Notes under the pieces: generated by a model
Told to the model about the DNA's origin: nothing
Seen by the model: only the letters and a program-made list of their open reading frames with translations
Database searches by the model: none
In this document: piece after piece, positions 1 through 8,157 of the stretch
Position numbering within the stretch: position 1 is the first letter of the stretch
How the letters are laid out: each line of letters opens with the position of its first letter
Program-made: the position numbers and the translations under genes
From: Promethearchaeati archaeon
GTDB lineage: Archaea; Asgardarchaeota; Heimdallarchaeia; JABLTI01
Assembly (NCBI GenBank): GCA_013166835.1
Contig: JABLTI010000111.1
Location: 1 to 17,213, forward strand
Direction: 5' to 3'
DNA: 17,213 nt

Positions 1-660
1 ATCATTGTCGCTGTCTGTATCCATGGGATCAGTACCATGGGTATGAACTTCCGGACCGTCTAGCAATCCGTCATTATCGGAATCAGAATCGTTTGGATCT
101 GCTCCATTGATTATTTCATCACCATCGTTCAATCCATCGTTGTCACTGTCTGCGTCTGTTGGATCTGTTACGTATCCATCTACCCCCGCTACAATTTCCT
201 CGTCATCATCTATACCATCGTCATCTGTGTCTTGCGCTAATGGGTTTGTGATGTATCCATCTGTTCCTGGGATTACTTCTTGATAATCGTTTATTGTGTC
301 ACTATCTGAATCTGTATCTAGTGGGTCTGTTCCTATTTGAATTTCTATACCATCAAACAATGCATCATCATCTGTATCAGCATCATTTGGATCTGTACTT
401 TCTGTATACTCGTCTCCATCATCCAAATCGTCTCCATCGGAATCTGGATCTAGCGGATCAGTTATGTATCCATCTAATCCTGTTACAGTTTCTTCACCAT
501 CCTCTAAACCGTCATTATCTGTATCTGCATCCATTGGATCTGTTAGAAGGTAGTATATTTCGTTCCAGTCTTCTAGATTATCTGTGTCGCTGTCTTCATT
601 TGTTGGTGTTGTACCATAGAAGTCTTCTATTACATCATCCATGTAGTCGCTGTCTTGGTC
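1..660 (-). repeat. Thrombospondin type-3-like (bacterial TSP3) acidic calcium-binding repeats, 9 complete + 1 partial
   Basis: Examples: DTDNDGLEDGEE...TDPLDP, DSDNDGLNDGDEIINGADPNDS, DSDNDGLLDGPEVHTHGTDPMDT. Confidence 0.88.
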
Positions 661-1956
661 GATGTTTCCATTATTGAATGGTGATCCATGGAATGAAGGC
701 CAGGGTGTTTCCCCAAAGTCTGTTGCTTCAGTTATGCTCAAACAATAGAGCGAAAAATCAAATGAACCAAATAAGATCTCTAAAACATTATCATCATCCA
801 AGTCCCAAACTGCTGGGGAGGAAAATACTGCTCCCCCTGTTTTATATCTCCAGTTTTCATCTCCAGTGTAATTTATACAGTAAACATAAGTGTCATCTGA
901 ACCAAACACAATTTCTAACTTACCATCATTATCGAAGTCTGTGAGTGCAGCTGAGGAACCAATATTAGCATCCGCCATGTAACTCCAAACCTCATTTCCA
1001 TCTGTGTCAAGACAGTACATAGTTCCGTTAATACCTCCTCCAAGAGTATCGCACCCGATTAGAACTTCTAGATTTCCATCATCTTCCAAATCAGCAATTG
1101 CAGGAGAGGATGTTATTTGCCCTACTGTCGGAAAATTCCATAATTCATCACCTGTGCTGTTTAAACAATAAACATCATTACTTCTTGTACCAAATACAAC
1201 CTCTAAATCTCCATCATTGGTTATATCTGCAAGTGCAACTGAAGAATAGATTTGCCCGCCAGCATCGAAGTCCCATACATGGGAACCAGTATCATCTAAA
1301 CAGTAGATGTCGTTTGCAATATTACCGACGAGTATTTCATAATCACCATTATTATCTATGTCCCCTATTGCAGGCGTTGCCCAGATATCGTTACCAGTAT
1401 CATAGCTCCATTCTTGATTTCCGTTCTCGTCTAAGCAGTAGAGATAATCATCTGTTGAACCAAACAAAATCTCCAACTTGTTGTCTTCATCAATATCAGC
1501 AACCGCTGCTGAGCCGTAAATTTGACCTGTTTTATCAAAATCCCAAAGATAATTACCATAAGCATTTACACAGTAAAGGTTCCCATCAGTGGATCCGATT
1601 AATACTTCAAAAACGCCATCATCATCCAAATCAGCAATGGTTGGGGAAGAAAGAAATTGAATGGGCGAACCAGTATCATAGCTCCAGAGCTCAGCTCCAT
1701 CCTTGTCGAAGCAAGTAAGCTCACCACTTACGGATGCTATTAAAACTTCATAATCACCATCTTTATCCAAGTCCACAATGGTTGGTGAGGACCAGACAAT
1801 CGCACCTGTTGTTTTATCCCAATTCCAGGAAGAACCAAGTGCTTCCAAGGTTATCGGATCATCATTTCCAGGGAGTTTCCCAAGAGCTAATCCATTAAAA
1901 ATAACTGTTGCTGTAAAAATTGTACAAATTATCAAAATTGATTTTTTTATCTTCAT
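1..1956 (-). CDS. Secreted/surface protein: signal peptide + 8-bladed FG-GAP/PQQ-like calcium-binding beta-propeller + TSP3-like acidic repeats (3' end outside window)
   Basis: Manual translation gives an open frame from ATG 1956 to base 1 (652 codons, no stop). It starts MKIKKSILIICTIFTATVIFNGLALG, with an AGGTG RBS upstream. Eight repeats of W-x-(Y/F)-x-T-G...S(S/A)P-x-(I/V)-x-D-(L/I)-D-x-D-G-x-x-E-(I/V)...(L/V)YC(L) are followed by D-(S/T)-D-x-D-G-L-x-D-G-x-E...TDP repeats. It is absent from the ORF track because it runs off the edge. Confidence 0.92.
   Translation of the reverse strand, partial: MKIKKSILIICTIFTATVIFNGLALGKLPGNDDPITLEALGSSWNWDKTTGAIVWSSPTIVDLDKDGDYEVLIASVSGELTCFDKDGAELWSYDTGSPIQFLSSPTIADLDDDGVFEVLIGSTDGNLYCVNAYGNYLWDFDKTGQIYGSAAVADIDEDNKLEILFGSTDDYLYCLDENGNQEWSYDTGNDIWATPAIGDIDNNGDYEILVGNIANDIYCLDDTGSHVWDFDAGGQIYSSVALADITNDGDLEVVFGTRSNDVYCLNSTGDELWNFPTVGQITSSPAIADLEDDGNLEVLIGCDTLGGGINGTMYCLDTDGNEVWSYMADANIGSSAALTDFDNDGKLEIVFGSDDTYVYCINYTGDENWRYKTGGAVFSSPAVWDLDDDNVLEILFGSFDFSLYCLSITEATDFGETPWPSFHGSPFNNGNIDQDSDYMDDVIEDFYGTTPTNEDSDTDNLEDWNEIYYLLTDPMDADTDNDGLEDGEETVTGLDGYITDPLDPDSDGDDLDDGDEYTESTDPNDADTDDDALFDGIEIQIGTDPLDTDSDSDTINDYQEVIPGTDGYITNPLAQDTDDDGIDDDEEIVAGVDGYVTDPTDADSDNDGLNDGDEIINGADPNDSDSDNDGLLDGPEVHTHGTDPMDTDSDND
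736..1821 (-). repeat. Eight ~45-aa propeller blades, each with a DxDxDG-like calcium loop
   Basis: Loops read DLDKDGDYE, DLDDDGVFE, DIDEDNKLE, DIDNNGDYE, DITNDGDLE, DLEDDGNLE, DFDNDGKLE and DLDDDNVLE. Each blade has a Cys in an xYC/xTC motif. Confidence 0.88.
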
Positions 1957-2151
1957 TACGGGGACACCTAGGTCAATTTATTCTATTAATCATATAATTA
2001 CAAGCTAAACAACTTAAGAGTATCATAACTTTCCTTTCTACATATATAGTGTTTTCTTTTTCGTCAAATTTTCACCGAAAAAATCCAAATTAGAGAAAGA
2101 TTCTTTTTTGAGAAAGTTTCAATCATTTTGAAACAAAACTTTGGAGTCTTT

Positions 2152-3159
2152 GTGTTGAAGAGCGTAGTGATAGCTGGAACTATTCGTGCAGATGAAGCCT
2201 TACTAGTAGGGATGAAGATGCTTTTGGAAGGCAAAACAGCTATTGATGCTGTGGAAGAAACAATCAAGCTTGTGGAAGACAATGAAGATGATTGGACAGT
2301 GGGAACCGGCGGGTTACCTAATCTTCTTGGGGAAGTCGAGCTCGATGCTTCCATTATGGATGGCAAAACCCTAAGAGCAGGAGCTGTTGCAGGAATTAAG
2401 CGATACAAGAATCCCATATCAATCGCTCGAAAAGTCATGGAAGAAACACCACATGTACTGTTAGTTGGAGAAGGAGCCGATCAATTCGCAGATGTCATGG
2501 GTTTCGAACGAGCTGAATTGGTTACTGAGAGTGGACGTGACATACACAAGGATTTTCTCGAGGGAAAAGGCATTGTTAAGAAAGGTTATGATACTGAGGA
2601 GTCTTTTAAAACGAAGGAGCGATACTACAAATCATTTCAAAGAATGGTGAAAGATGCGAAATTAATGAAGTGGTACAAACAGTACACAGAAAGCAATCAT
2701 GGAACAGTCAATATCTTAGCCATTGATGTGAATGGTGACATTTGTTGCGGGGTATCAACGAGTGGTTTATCCTTCAAATTCCCTGGTAGAGCAGGAGATT
2801 CACCCATTATCGGTGCTGGGAATTTCGCTGATAATCGGTATGGCGCTGCTGCCTGTGTGGGAGTAGGAGAATTAGTTATTCGGTTATCAATGGCTCGAAT
2901 AGCAGTGTATGAATTATCGAAAGGAGCAACTGTTGAGGAAGCAGCAGTGAATGCCATAGAGTCCATAAGGGATCTAGCACCGGATAAAGGATCAGTATCC
3001 ATTATGGTTATGGATAAAGAAGGAAATATTGCTGCAGCGTGCAATTGGAAGAATTACTACTTCTGGTTAGCGACAACGGAGAATCCTACACCTAAGAAAA
3101 TAGAATGCATTTTTGTGGATTTAGAACAAGAAATACTTGCTGAAGGCTATCATCGATAA
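2152..3159 (+). CDS. Asparaginase type 2 family Ntn-hydrolase (glycosylasparaginase / isoaspartyl peptidase-like)
   Basis: Family motifs are GEVELDASIMDG, KNPISIARKVMEETPHVLLVGEGA, the autocleavage site HG|TV, and STSG..K.PGR.GDSPIIGAG. The start is probably GTG 2152 or TTG 2155 (GGAG at 2143-2146) rather than 2128. No signal peptide. Confidence 0.92.
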   Translation: MLKSVVIAGTIRADEALLVGMKMLLEGKTAIDAVEETIKLVEDNEDDWTVGTGGLPNLLGEVELDASIMDGKTLRAGAVAGIKRYKNPISIARKVMEETPHVLLVGEGADQFADVMGFERAELVTESGRDIHKDFLEGKGIVKKGYDTEESFKTKERYYKSFQRMVKDAKLMKWYKQYTESNHGTVNILAIDVNGDICCGVSTSGLSFKFPGRAGDSPIIGAGNFADNRYGAAACVGVGELVIRLSMARIAVYELSKGATVEEAAVNAIESIRDLAPDKGSVSIMVMDKEGNIAAACNWKNYYFWLATTENPTPKKIECIFVDLEQEILAEGYHR

Positions 3160-3197
3160 AAAAAAGAAAAAAGGAAAACGCTAAAGAATAGCGTTTT
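3158..3197 (-). terminator. Hairpin + U-tract terminator of LVIVD gene 1 (possibly bidirectional)
   Basis: AAAACGCTA-AAGAA-TAGCGTTTT (3175-3197) lies between convergent stops. On the minus strand it is followed by a long T tract. Confidence 0.75.
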
Positions 3198-3200
3198 AAC

Positions 3201-5648
3201 TTATCGTGTTGGGATTTTCTTCTTTCTAATAACTAAGACAGTAACGACTACGATAGCAATTAGTATTAATCCACTAAAGAGTAAGCCAAAGATTAAACCA
3301 TAACGTACTGGTGGTTTAGGTTCTGTATAATAGAGGATATTTAAGGAATATATTCGTGCAGTGTAATCCTCAGGTCCGGTGATTACTGCGCGCCATCGTA
3401 AGTCACTGCCAATATCAGTAAAGGTGTATTTTACTCCTGGAAGTACAGATAACCAGTGAACTCCATCAGATGTAAGATAGAATTCAACATTTGTTCCTGG
3501 TGGTAAGTCACCACTAAAAGTAAGAGTAGCGTTTTCAATTAGTTCTTCTGTGTCATCGATTGTAATGGATTGTGCCTGTGAACCAGCAACATCAAAGTTT
3601 CCAGCTGCACTCTTGAAGTGACGCATAATAAGCAAATTAGAAGTGTTTGCAATGTATGTATAATCACCATGTGTGGTTATTTGGAGAGCTCCTGTAGCAT
3701 CAGGATAATTATAGGTAACAGCAGAATTAAGATTACAAGCATCTATCAGAGTTGCACCATCAACACTATCAGCACTTAAAATGTAGGGACCGAATCCCCA
3801 AACACCTAATGAGTGATAATCAGTGTAGAAATTAGTCCATTGAATGTCGTAGGGATCAGTAACATTGTACATAGCCATCCAATTACCGCCACCTAGGTAA
3901 GCATAGTCACCGTCCACATAAACATCGTAGTGATAACTCATACGTGTATGTGTATCAGTTAATACAGGTGTGGTATAATCCTTCACACTATAAATCAGTA
4001 AACCTTCGCCTAACCCACCGATGTCATCAACGAGATAAACATGGTGCCCTTGCACCCAAATAGCTTTCAAATCAGTCGTACCGATGAGATTATTCGAAAG
4101 AATCGAAGGCGCCGCTGGATTAGAGACATTTACTATAGCAAAACCTGTGGTGAAAGAAATAAATTGAATTTGGCCACGAACTTGAATATCTCTTAACCCT
4201 ATGCCACCAATTCCTCCAGCATACACTATATTGGTTGGGTCAGAAATGTCATAGATATAGATACTACCACCATCCTGTATCAGATGGGCATATCTACCAT
4301 CAACGTCCAGTTTTGTGATATTAATACCTCCTCCAGCTGTTTGATTGTCTAATAGAAATGGATTCCCTGGATCACTTACGTCAACTGTAACTATTCCATT
4401 TAAGCCACATGCAAGATAAGCAACATCACCTCGCACACGAACATCGTAGACTTTAAACTGGTCAAATGCATTAGGATAAGCGTATGAGAAATCAGTCATA
4501 CCTGCACCAATTTGGATCGAGTAGATTCCATCATCTGTACCAACTATTAGATCGCCACCGTAAAGATCAAGTTCCCATGTGTATGGAAGGACGATTTCAG
4601 TAATTATCACTGGAGCATTAGGAATTGTTACATCAATAACTTGCACTCCACCATCACCATCAGCTACATACAAGGTATCTTCTTGTATTGCTAATCTCCG
4701 AGCATTTCCCGGAGTATCAATACTCCCAAGTAAAACCGGATTACTTGTATCACTAACATCAACAATGTGAACACCTGCAGGACCATCAGCAATGTAAGCA
4801 ATATGCCCATCTACTAAAACGTCAGTAGCATTTCCTGGAGTATTCAAGTGACTTAACTCAGTTATAGGATTTCTTAACGAACCATCAAGAATGTAGAGTC
4901 CTTCATCACTTTCAGCAGCATAGACTATTTGTCCTTCTACATCAATTCCAAGAGTTTTGTTGGAGTTCCATTCAAAAGTTAATCCAGCTAAATTGTCTAT
5001 GTCTCGGCCATCTGCTAGATTGATGGAACGGAATGATGGCGAATTATAAGCTGTATAATATATCAAGTAGCCTTGTATATCAATATCAGTTACTAAACCA
5101 TCTGTGTAATCAGAATCTCTATATGCAGCACCAGATAGACCGTATGGATTGCTTACGTTGTATGAGTTAATCTTTAGTGTGCTACCTAAGAAACCAGTAT
5201 AAACAACATCACCATCCACTTTAACAGGTCCTATATGTTCTGAGGAATCTCGATAACTCATTAATTCCATATTTGCAGGATCAGAAATGTTCAATATAAG
5301 AAGTGTCTGTAAATCATCAGTTGTGTTAAATCCACCAATGTAGGCTTTTCTACCCTGCACATCTAAACCTCGAACAGGTTGAATTGTTGGATAAAAATCT
5401 AAGATTTGGATCGTATAATCACGAGCATTTCTGATTGTTCCAGTCCCCCAACCATCAGCAGTTGTGGAACTGTCATCATTATTATTTTCATCGATAAAAT
5501 CCTCAAAATAGTTTACTAAACCATTTGGGGATAGATTATTCCAGATATCATTTCCATTTAGACCATATGCAGTTAATGTAAATACATTGGTTAACGGAAA
5601 AAGAGAGAGCAGGAATAATGCTAGAATTTTTCGTTTAGCATCAATCAT
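3201..5648 (-). CDS. LVIVD-repeat double beta-propeller type I membrane surface protein (paralogue 1, no FN3)
   Basis: Signal peptide MIDAKRKILALFLLSLFPL (ATG 5648 favoured over 5687). Then 14 LVIVD-type repeats (e.g. DVLVDGHIAYIADGPAGVHIVDVSDTSNP), a C-terminal beta domain (YLTSDGVHW...LRWRA), a TM helix and the tail RKKKIPTR. At least 11 N-x-S/T sequons. Confidence 0.9.
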   Translation of the reverse strand: MIDAKRKILALFLLSLFPLTNVFTLTAYGLNGNDIWNNLSPNGLVNYFEDFIDENNNDDSSTTADGWGTGTIRNARDYTIQILDFYPTIQPVRGLDVQGRKAYIGGFNTTDDLQTLLILNISDPANMELMSYRDSSEHIGPVKVDGDVVYTGFLGSTLKINSYNVSNPYGLSGAAYRDSDYTDGLVTDIDIQGYLIYYTAYNSPSFRSINLADGRDIDNLAGLTFEWNSNKTLGIDVEGQIVYAAESDEGLYILDGSLRNPITELSHLNTPGNATDVLVDGHIAYIADGPAGVHIVDVSDTSNPVLLGSIDTPGNARRLAIQEDTLYVADGDGGVQVIDVTIPNAPVIITEIVLPYTWELDLYGGDLIVGTDDGIYSIQIGAGMTDFSYAYPNAFDQFKVYDVRVRGDVAYLACGLNGIVTVDVSDPGNPFLLDNQTAGGGINITKLDVDGRYAHLIQDGGSIYIYDISDPTNIVYAGGIGGIGLRDIQVRGQIQFISFTTGFAIVNVSNPAAPSILSNNLIGTTDLKAIWVQGHHVYLVDDIGGLGEGLLIYSVKDYTTPVLTDTHTRMSYHYDVYVDGDYAYLGGGNWMAMYNVTDPYDIQWTNFYTDYHSLGVWGFGPYILSADSVDGATLIDACNLNSAVTYNYPDATGALQITTHGDYTYIANTSNLLIMRHFKSAAGNFDVAGSQAQSITIDDTEELIENATLTFSGDLPPGTNVEFYLTSDGVHWLSVLPGVKYTFTDIGSDLRWRAVITGPEDYTARIYSLNILYYTEPKPPVRYGLIFGLLFSGLILIAIVVVTVLVIRKKKIPTR

Positions 5649-5759
5649 AAAACATTCTTCCCTTAAAATAATTTCAAATAAGTACATATACTCAATAAAA
5701 ATGATAAAAGCTTATTGTAATCAAAACATGATAAAAACATAATTCTCTCCTAATAAAAC

Positions 5760-5793
5760 AAAAATCCAAGGATTTTTAATGTCAAGACATTAA
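5760..5793. promoter_or_regulatory. Two abutting perfect 8-bp inverted repeats overlapping a TATA-like box (putative operator)
   Basis: AAAAATCC-AA-GGATTTTT (5760-5777) and TTAATGTC-AA-GACATTAA (5776-5793). TTTTTAAT sits at their junction, about 45 bp upstream of ATG 5823, in a divergent intergenic region. Confidence 0.5.
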
Positions 5794-5822
5794 TCATAAT
5801 GAGAGATTCCTAAGAGGTGTTC

Positions 5823-6332
5823 ATGATTAGTTTAGGTGAATATACAGGAAAAGATTTCCGAGCATTCATTGTCAAAATCTCCGGAACAGAAGACAAGATG
5901 TTTGCTGAAGATATAGTTATGATTGGTTATTCAAAAGCAGATGGACTCCTAGATGAAAGTCTGACTAAGGATGATTTTCGGGAAATTGTCCAGAAAGAGT
6001 ATTTCCCAAAAGAAGAAAATAAACGTCGGGCGGGGCAAATCGCAGGAGATTTCTGGCGATTTATTCGAGAAATGGATATAGAGCATTACGTTCTGGTTCC
6101 TACCAAAGAAGGATTCTATATTGGAAAAGTTGTTGGACCTGCAACTTACAATGAAATGAGGATTTTCAATGATACAGCCTATCAGAGAAAAGTTCAATGG
6201 TTAAATAACAAAGAACCAATTACTATAGAAAAAACACCAGAAGATGTGCAGAAAAGACTCAAATCTGTCCAAGCAGTAATCGATGCTAGTGACCTGTACC
6301 AGGAAATTGAGTTTGCAATGAGGATTTCATGA
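5823..6332 (+). CDS. Stand-alone domain resembling the N-terminal region of Mrr-superfamily (COG4127-like) restriction proteins; no nuclease domain
   Basis: The pattern IVMIGYS...EYFP...AGQIAGDFWRFIREM...YVLVP...FYIGKVVG..TY...YQRKVQWL matches, from recall, the VAIGW...AGQ..RF..E...GD.V..P....IG.....Y.....R.V.WL domain. The GAGGTG RBS favours ATG 5823. Confidence 0.65.
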   Translation: MISLGEYTGKDFRAFIVKISGTEDKMFAEDIVMIGYSKADGLLDESLTKDDFREIVQKEYFPKEENKRRAGQIAGDFWRFIREMDIEHYVLVPTKEGFYIGKVVGPATYNEMRIFNDTAYQRKVQWLNNKEPITIEKTPEDVQKRLKSVQAVIDASDLYQEIEFAMRIS

Positions 6333-6827
6333 GCTAATATTCGGATTCTTTTTTCCCGTGAAATTCACCACTAAGATGACTCCAAGCAACGCGCCAGCAA
6401 TTGCTAGATTGATAATCATGTTGGATTGAAAAGCTTGATCATGATCTATTGTGTATGAAAAACTTGCACTATTCATAGTGTCTGCATTATAGAGTACAAT
6501 GTAGAAAGTGTCAGACCATAATGGTTCAAATTCGGTAGAAAATGTAGAGATTACTGGTCCCCAATCTTCTTCTACATAAATTCTTGAGTCAAAGTATTCG
6601 GATTCATATATTTCAACGTATATTTGACCACTTGTCATTGTTATAGAAATAGCAGCTGTATCATCATCATGCATTTTTAGTTGTATAACTTCTTCGCCAA
6701 GAGGACCCAAAGTAACTGTATCCGAGATAACAACACCAGCTACCATTCCCGTTATGCTAAACATTAACACAGGGAATAGCATTAATCCAATGAAATTCAA
6801 CCAGATTCTTTTTGTTTTTCTTTTCAA
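6327..6827 (-). CDS. Small type I membrane protein with GOLD/p24(emp24)-like beta-sandwich ectodomain
   Basis: TTG 6827 follows AGGAGG (6835-6840). Signal peptide KRKTKRIWLNFIGLMLFPVLMFSITGMVAG, then a beta-rich domain ending FEPLWSDTFYIVLYN...FSYTI, a C-terminal TM helix and a short tail NFTGKKNPNISS. The CDS is confident; the fold call is tentative. Confidence 0.6.
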   Translation of the reverse strand: MKRKTKRIWLNFIGLMLFPVLMFSITGMVAGVVISDTVTLGPLGEEVIQLKMHDDDTAAISITMTSGQIYVEIYESEYFDSRIYVEEDWGPVISTFSTEFEPLWSDTFYIVLYNADTMNSASFSYTIDHDQAFQSNMIINLAIAGALLGVILVVNFTGKKNPNISS

Positions 6828-6838
6828 TATGGTTCCTC

Positions 6839-7396
6839 CTAAGTATTCAAAATTGTTCCACATTTATTGCAGAAATCGCTTTCTTCGATTACTTTAGCTC
6901 CGCAATTTGGACAGAACATTTCTTTCTTCTTTTTGATTTCCGTAGGTTTTGGTTTTTCTCTAATTTTTTCTCCCTTCACTAATCTCTGGGCGGTTAGGTA
7001 TTTCTTATAATTCTTACTGGAACTCACTTTCAGCCAAATCATAGTCAGTAAAGTGCCTACCCACAAAACATACCCAATCGGGAAGAAGAAATTGATGGTT
7101 AAACCTCCTATGAAGAAAGTCCAAAGAACAATAAACGCTCCTTTGTTGGGTGAGTGATTCCACCGAAGTAAAACACCACGAGAACTCTTGTGGTATCCTT
7201 TCCCTTCTGCATAATCTAAGAAGCAGTTGGGACAAAAGAACTCGTAATCATATTCATAGTCACTTCTACCGCGATAGGTTCGAATAACTCGAGAGCTTAC
7301 AACCTCTTGAAAGGTGCACTCACGACAAATAGACTTCGAACAAGTACTACAATTATGAGTGCCCCCTTTACTAGTATGAATATAACAATTTGCCAT
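6839..7396 (-). CDS. Membrane protein with N-terminal B-box-like zinc finger, two TM helices and C-terminal zinc ribbon
   Basis: CYIH-x8-CSTC-x3-ICREC...FCPNC, a hydrophobic hairpin (AFIVLWTFFIGGL...YVLWVGTLLTMIWL), and terminal FCPNCGAKVIEESDFCNKCGT. Its TAG stop overlaps the RBS of the next gene. Confidence 0.82.
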   Translation of the reverse strand: MANCYIHTSKGGTHNCSTCSKSICRECTFQEVVSSRVIRTYRGRSDYEYDYEFFCPNCFLDYAEGKGYHKSSRGVLLRWNHSPNKGAFIVLWTFFIGGLTINFFFPIGYVLWVGTLLTMIWLKVSSSKNYKKYLTAQRLVKGEKIREKPKPTEIKKKKEMFCPNCGAKVIEESDFCNKCGTILNT

Positions 7397-7464
7397 GTAA
7401 GCAAACCCTGCAATTTTTAGTATTAATTAGGGATAAGTAATTTTAAAATTTATTTGATAAAAAA

Positions 7465-8001
7465 TCAATCAGTTGGTAATTCTAATTCCCCAAAGTATGT
7501 TGGAGCATTCTTAGGTTCTTTCCCTTTAAGATGGGTTTTATAAAAAGCATAGGTTAGAGGTGTACCATTCTGGATGATCTTTCCACCAACGACTTTTGCT
7601 ACAAATAAGGTATGAGTTCCACAATCAACAGTATCTTTGACGACAGCTTCCAAGAATCCTAAGCTATAATCATAAACGATAGGAGCACCTGTAATGAAGA
7701 TCTCACAATGGATTGGATCTTTGAATTTATCATAATCCTTGCCTGAACGGAAACCAAAACGACCTATGAACTTCATAGGAGTTTCTTCTGAAAGGACAGA
7801 TGCTGTGAAAACTTTACTATGAGTAACAAACTCGTGGGTGTAATTATCTTTAGCAATACTTACAGCAATCATTTGCGGATTAGATGAAATTTGGAAAACA
7901 GTGTTAACAATTAATCCATTATATTTTCCTTCTTTCTTGGAACAAAGAACAAATAAACCGTAACTAATCAATCGTATGCTTTTGTATAGTTCTACTGTCA
8001 T
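7465..8001 (-). CDS. Flavin reductase family protein (flavoredoxin-like; resembles the flavin domain of high-molecular-weight rubredoxin without the rubredoxin)
   Basis: ISYGLFV...NGLIVNTVFQI...IAVSIAKDNYTHE...FGFRSGKDYDKF...GTHTLF...PLTYAFY...KNAPTY. Confidence 0.9.
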   Translation of the reverse strand: MTVELYKSIRLISYGLFVLCSKKEGKYNGLIVNTVFQISSNPQMIAVSIAKDNYTHEFVTHSKVFTASVLSEETPMKFIGRFGFRSGKDYDKFKDPIHCEIFITGAPIVYDYSLGFLEAVVKDTVDCGTHTLFVAKVVGGKIIQNGTPLTYAFYKTHLKGKEPKNAPTYFGELELPTD

Positions 8002-8115
8002 CGTTTCTAACCCATTCTTTTCTTAGTTTGTTCTGTTTTACGATATGTTACATTCACACATTAAAAAAATTGTGCTAGGAATATGAATTTCCAATTTCCT
8101 TGTCTTATACTAACA

Positions 8116-8151
8116 TTTTATAAGAGAATATTTTTTCATCTTTCAAAGGAG
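8116..8151 (+). promoter_or_regulatory. TATA box and RBS of the ABC exporter operon
   Basis: TTTTATAA at 8116-8123 and AGGAG at 8147-8151, ahead of ATG 8158. Confidence 0.55.
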
Positions 8152-8157
8152 TAATTT

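Noticed and set aside
294-2008. Four plus-strand ORFs (His/Leu-rich 127, 88 and 206 aa; 76 aa)
   Set aside because: They are antisense shadows of the Asp-rich minus-strand gene 1..1956. Their composition reflects reversed GAT/GAC codons.
2116-2134. GTTTCAA-TCATT-TTGAAAC inverted repeat resembling CRISPR repeat ends
   Set aside because: It is a single 19-bp copy with no spacers, array or cas genes. At most it is a weak operator candidate upstream of the asparaginase.
2064-3044. ORFs 2064..2438, 2465..2650 and 2697..3044
   Set aside because: They overlap the well-supported asparaginase in antisense or alternative frames and have no motifs.
3201-3230. KKK tails as canonical COPI KKxx/KxKxx retrieval signals
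   Set aside because: The lysines lie at -5 or further from the C-terminus rather than at -3/-4 or -3/-5. The basic cluster also fits the positive-inside rule.
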